Assembly: GCA_951406725.2 (NCBI GenBank) | Contig: OX597822.1 | Location: 21,390,001-21,454,000, forward strand | Reading direction: 5' to 3' | Source: Octopus vulgaris | Taxonomy: Eukaryota | Length of the DNA stretch: 64,000 nucleotides | In this document: piece after piece, positions 61,211 through 64,000 of the stretch | Layout of the letters: each line of letters starts with the position of its first letter | How positions within the stretch are numbered: the stretch's first letter is position 1 | Position numbers and translations under genes: made by a program | Notes under the pieces: model-generated | What the model saw: the letters and a program-made list of their open reading frames with translations, nothing else | What the model was told of the DNA's origin: nothing | Databases searched by the model: none

Positions 61211-64000
61211 AGTTATATATTATATGTACATGTGTGTATACATGTATGCATAAGAAGGTAAGTTGGGTAAGTGTCTTCTACTGTGGCCTCAGACCAACCA
61301 ATGCTTTATGTCTTACTTTGGTAAAATGACTGGAAATGTATGAACCATTGTGTGTGTGTCTGTGTGTGCATGCATGAATGAATGTTTACATTTTGCATGC
61401 TTCCCACAAAATACCACTGAACTACAAGCGGTGAAGTTTATCATTTCTCTATCAGCAAATTATCTGCAAACTCTGTACTTCTGAAGACTTGTGGAATAAG
61501 AGATCTCTTACTTGAAAAACAGCAAAGGGTTAGTGAGAAGAAGGATATCCAGCTGCAGAACAATGTCTCAGTAATATATATTCATATAATTCGTGCAGGG
61601 AAAAATGGACATGAAGAACAAATGAATGAATGTAGGATATGGCGTGTTCATCTGAATGATATTTATCAAAAACACATTGGTCAAAAGCATATTACCAAAG
61701 GACAAATTTGTTGTAAGACATATTCATACAAAGACAAAATTACTAAAATACAAATAGATTAGAAACATATTAGTTACTGAATATATCTTTTAAAGTGTTT
61801 GATGTTTACTAATATTAGTATAGCTCCGTATTTGCACAAAATCATACAAAAACTTAACATAGACTGGGTCTCTTTAATGATAAGAACCAATTACATTTTG
61901 AAAAGAAACACATATTTTTCAAGTTATCTGGTCTGGGATAAGAAAATAAACGTCAATAGAAATACATCAAAACTTAATCTCAACTAATTTTTTAATACAA
62001 ATGATTTTAAAATGATAAGAACAAATTATTTTTTAAGTAATACATATTTTCAATTATTTTTTTATGTATGCATGGGTGTGTTCATTATGTATAGTGTCCT
62101 GTACAACAGATAGATAAATGTTCAAAATTTTTTAATGGAAATAGTTATAATGTTAATCATAATTTCTAACATAGACACATGACTGCAACCTTTATGAGTG
62201 GAGTGTAGTTAACTACATCTCAGGAATTGGGTTGCTACTAATGTTATTGACCCCTAAAGGATAACAGGCAAAGCTGATCATGGCAGAATTTGATTGAAGA
62301 TGCTAAAGGGATGGAACACAATGCTACAGTGTATTACATGACTCTTTATGCTTTTCTTTCTTGCACTGTATTGTGTTTTGCCATTCCTAATTTTAATATT
62401 TTACTGTCCATTTGAGCTTTATTTTTTTTATAGCCTGATTCTTAATGGCCATCCTGTGTCTTCTTTACAGTATAAAATGTTTGGCAAACACATAAACAGG
62501 TAACATATATGCACAGTAACTAAAATTCCCTTTTTATTCTAAACAGCTACACTAACTCAAACACATATATGACATCAATTACTTTTCCTCAGTCATTAAC
62601 TTCTGCTCCATACACTAAGCAACCACAAACACTTGGTAAGCAATCCCCGAGTTCATCTTGGACTACATATTGCCAACACAACACATATATTAATAAAGAA
62701 ATCACAATAGATACTCATTTAATGACTGTCTTCCATGCTGGCTTGGATGGACAGTTTGATTTGATCCAGTGAACTGGAGGATTGCATTATACTTCAGTGT
62801 CTGCTTTGGCATAATTTCCATGACTGGATGCTCTTCCCAAAGTCAGTCCCTTCGCAGAGTATAGTTGCCCTGGCACTAACACTAGTGTGGTTGCCAAGTA
62901 ACTTGCAATACAAAAGAGTGCCCTCAACTGAGAGGGAGTATAGTAGAGAGGAGGTGACTTTATGCATAAGTTGAAGTATGATAGAAGGGACAAGAACAGG
63001 CTTTTTGCTGTATTCTGTTTTTTAGTTTCACCAAAAAACAGAATGAGAATCTTTAACTTCTGCTCGTCATGCATAATTTTACTGTAGTGAAGAATTTACA
63101 GGGTGTTGCATTACTCCTGGTCACTGTCCTAGTGTTCTATGTTCTGAAAACTGACAGCTTCATTTAGCTACATCATGCAGTGAGGTAATCACAGGGAACC
63201 CTAGTTCTGCCTCAAGTTTGAAAGTAGACATAGATTTTATATGATGTGCAGCATATTTGTTTCTCAGGAATGTATTCCTTAAGTGGGAAATTCTTTCTTT
63301 ATATGCTAGTCTAGATTGTTTTGGCTCCAAATTGTAGACAAGTTCCAATTACTCTTTTAACATAAAATGGGTGATGAGATTTATACATTACATAAAGCTC
63401 TGTAGACTTCATATACTACTATCTGACTTTGTTAGTTGTACAAGTATTTCACTGAATAGAGGTTGATTATTGCATCCTTCTCTTGGAAATAGATGTGGGT
63501 GTCTGCTTTGAGCCTATGGGATCATGAGGCTGGATCTTATCTACATTTTTAAGGCATTTAAGCTGAAAGCACAAGGCCCCATCCCCCAGTGGACAGTGTG
63601 CTGGTCCATCACAGGGTTAACCCCCCCAAGTTCTTCTGGTACTCATTTTCAACTGAATGTGCTGGAGCAACATGAAATGAAGTGCCTTGCTAAAGAATCC
63701 AATGACTGTGAGCCTAGAACTTCAATCACGAAGCAATGTGCCTTCACTGGAAATTGATATTGAGTTCATTCATATTCTAATCACCTTGGATACTCTCTTG
63801 GCATTGCTAGATTATAAATGTGTTGTCCACCAAACTACAGATTTAACATTTCAGAATTCAGTGCTCTGGCTGTGATAGATATCAAGATGTGATGTTTGAT
63901 GTTGGTGGTGAATGAAAATGTATTTCTAGGGCTGCTTGACATTGATTGGTTGGCTAATCAGCCATTCACATGAAACTTGTGTGGCTTGGTCATGATGTTT

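Overview
AT-rich animal genomic DNA, most likely from an octopus. That assignment is an inference from the SINE, RTE-tail and (TA)n landscape. I recognise no host protein-coding gene. The many long '[12 protein letters not shown]' ORFs are microsatellite read-throughs. The main structure is a ~22-kb (TA)n-rich nest (about 4990-27320) holding several young retroelements: a CR1/L2-type LINE with an intact APE+RT ORF2 and an ORF1 remnant carrying a CCCH zinc finger; a second, inverted copy of that LINE; a sister LINE family; two ~70-bp tail-only elements; and a 6.4-kb Penelope-like element (PLE) folded back as a 2.6-kb near-perfect inverted repeat. That PLE encodes a GIY-YIG endonuclease and carries a hammerhead ribozyme with an unusually long stem II. 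A similar design (PLE 3' end, hammerhead, inverted 5' arm, inserted in TA/CA microsatellite) recurs at 41.3-42.4 kb and 59.6-60.1 kb, and probably at 21.6-22.0 kb. A non-coding hammerhead-bearing element at 58.3-59.1 kb ends in four telomere-type GGGTTA units. The rest is older RTE, Tx1/L1, Helitron, Tc1 and SINE debris. All calls come from reading the sequence by eye; no searches or folding programs were run.
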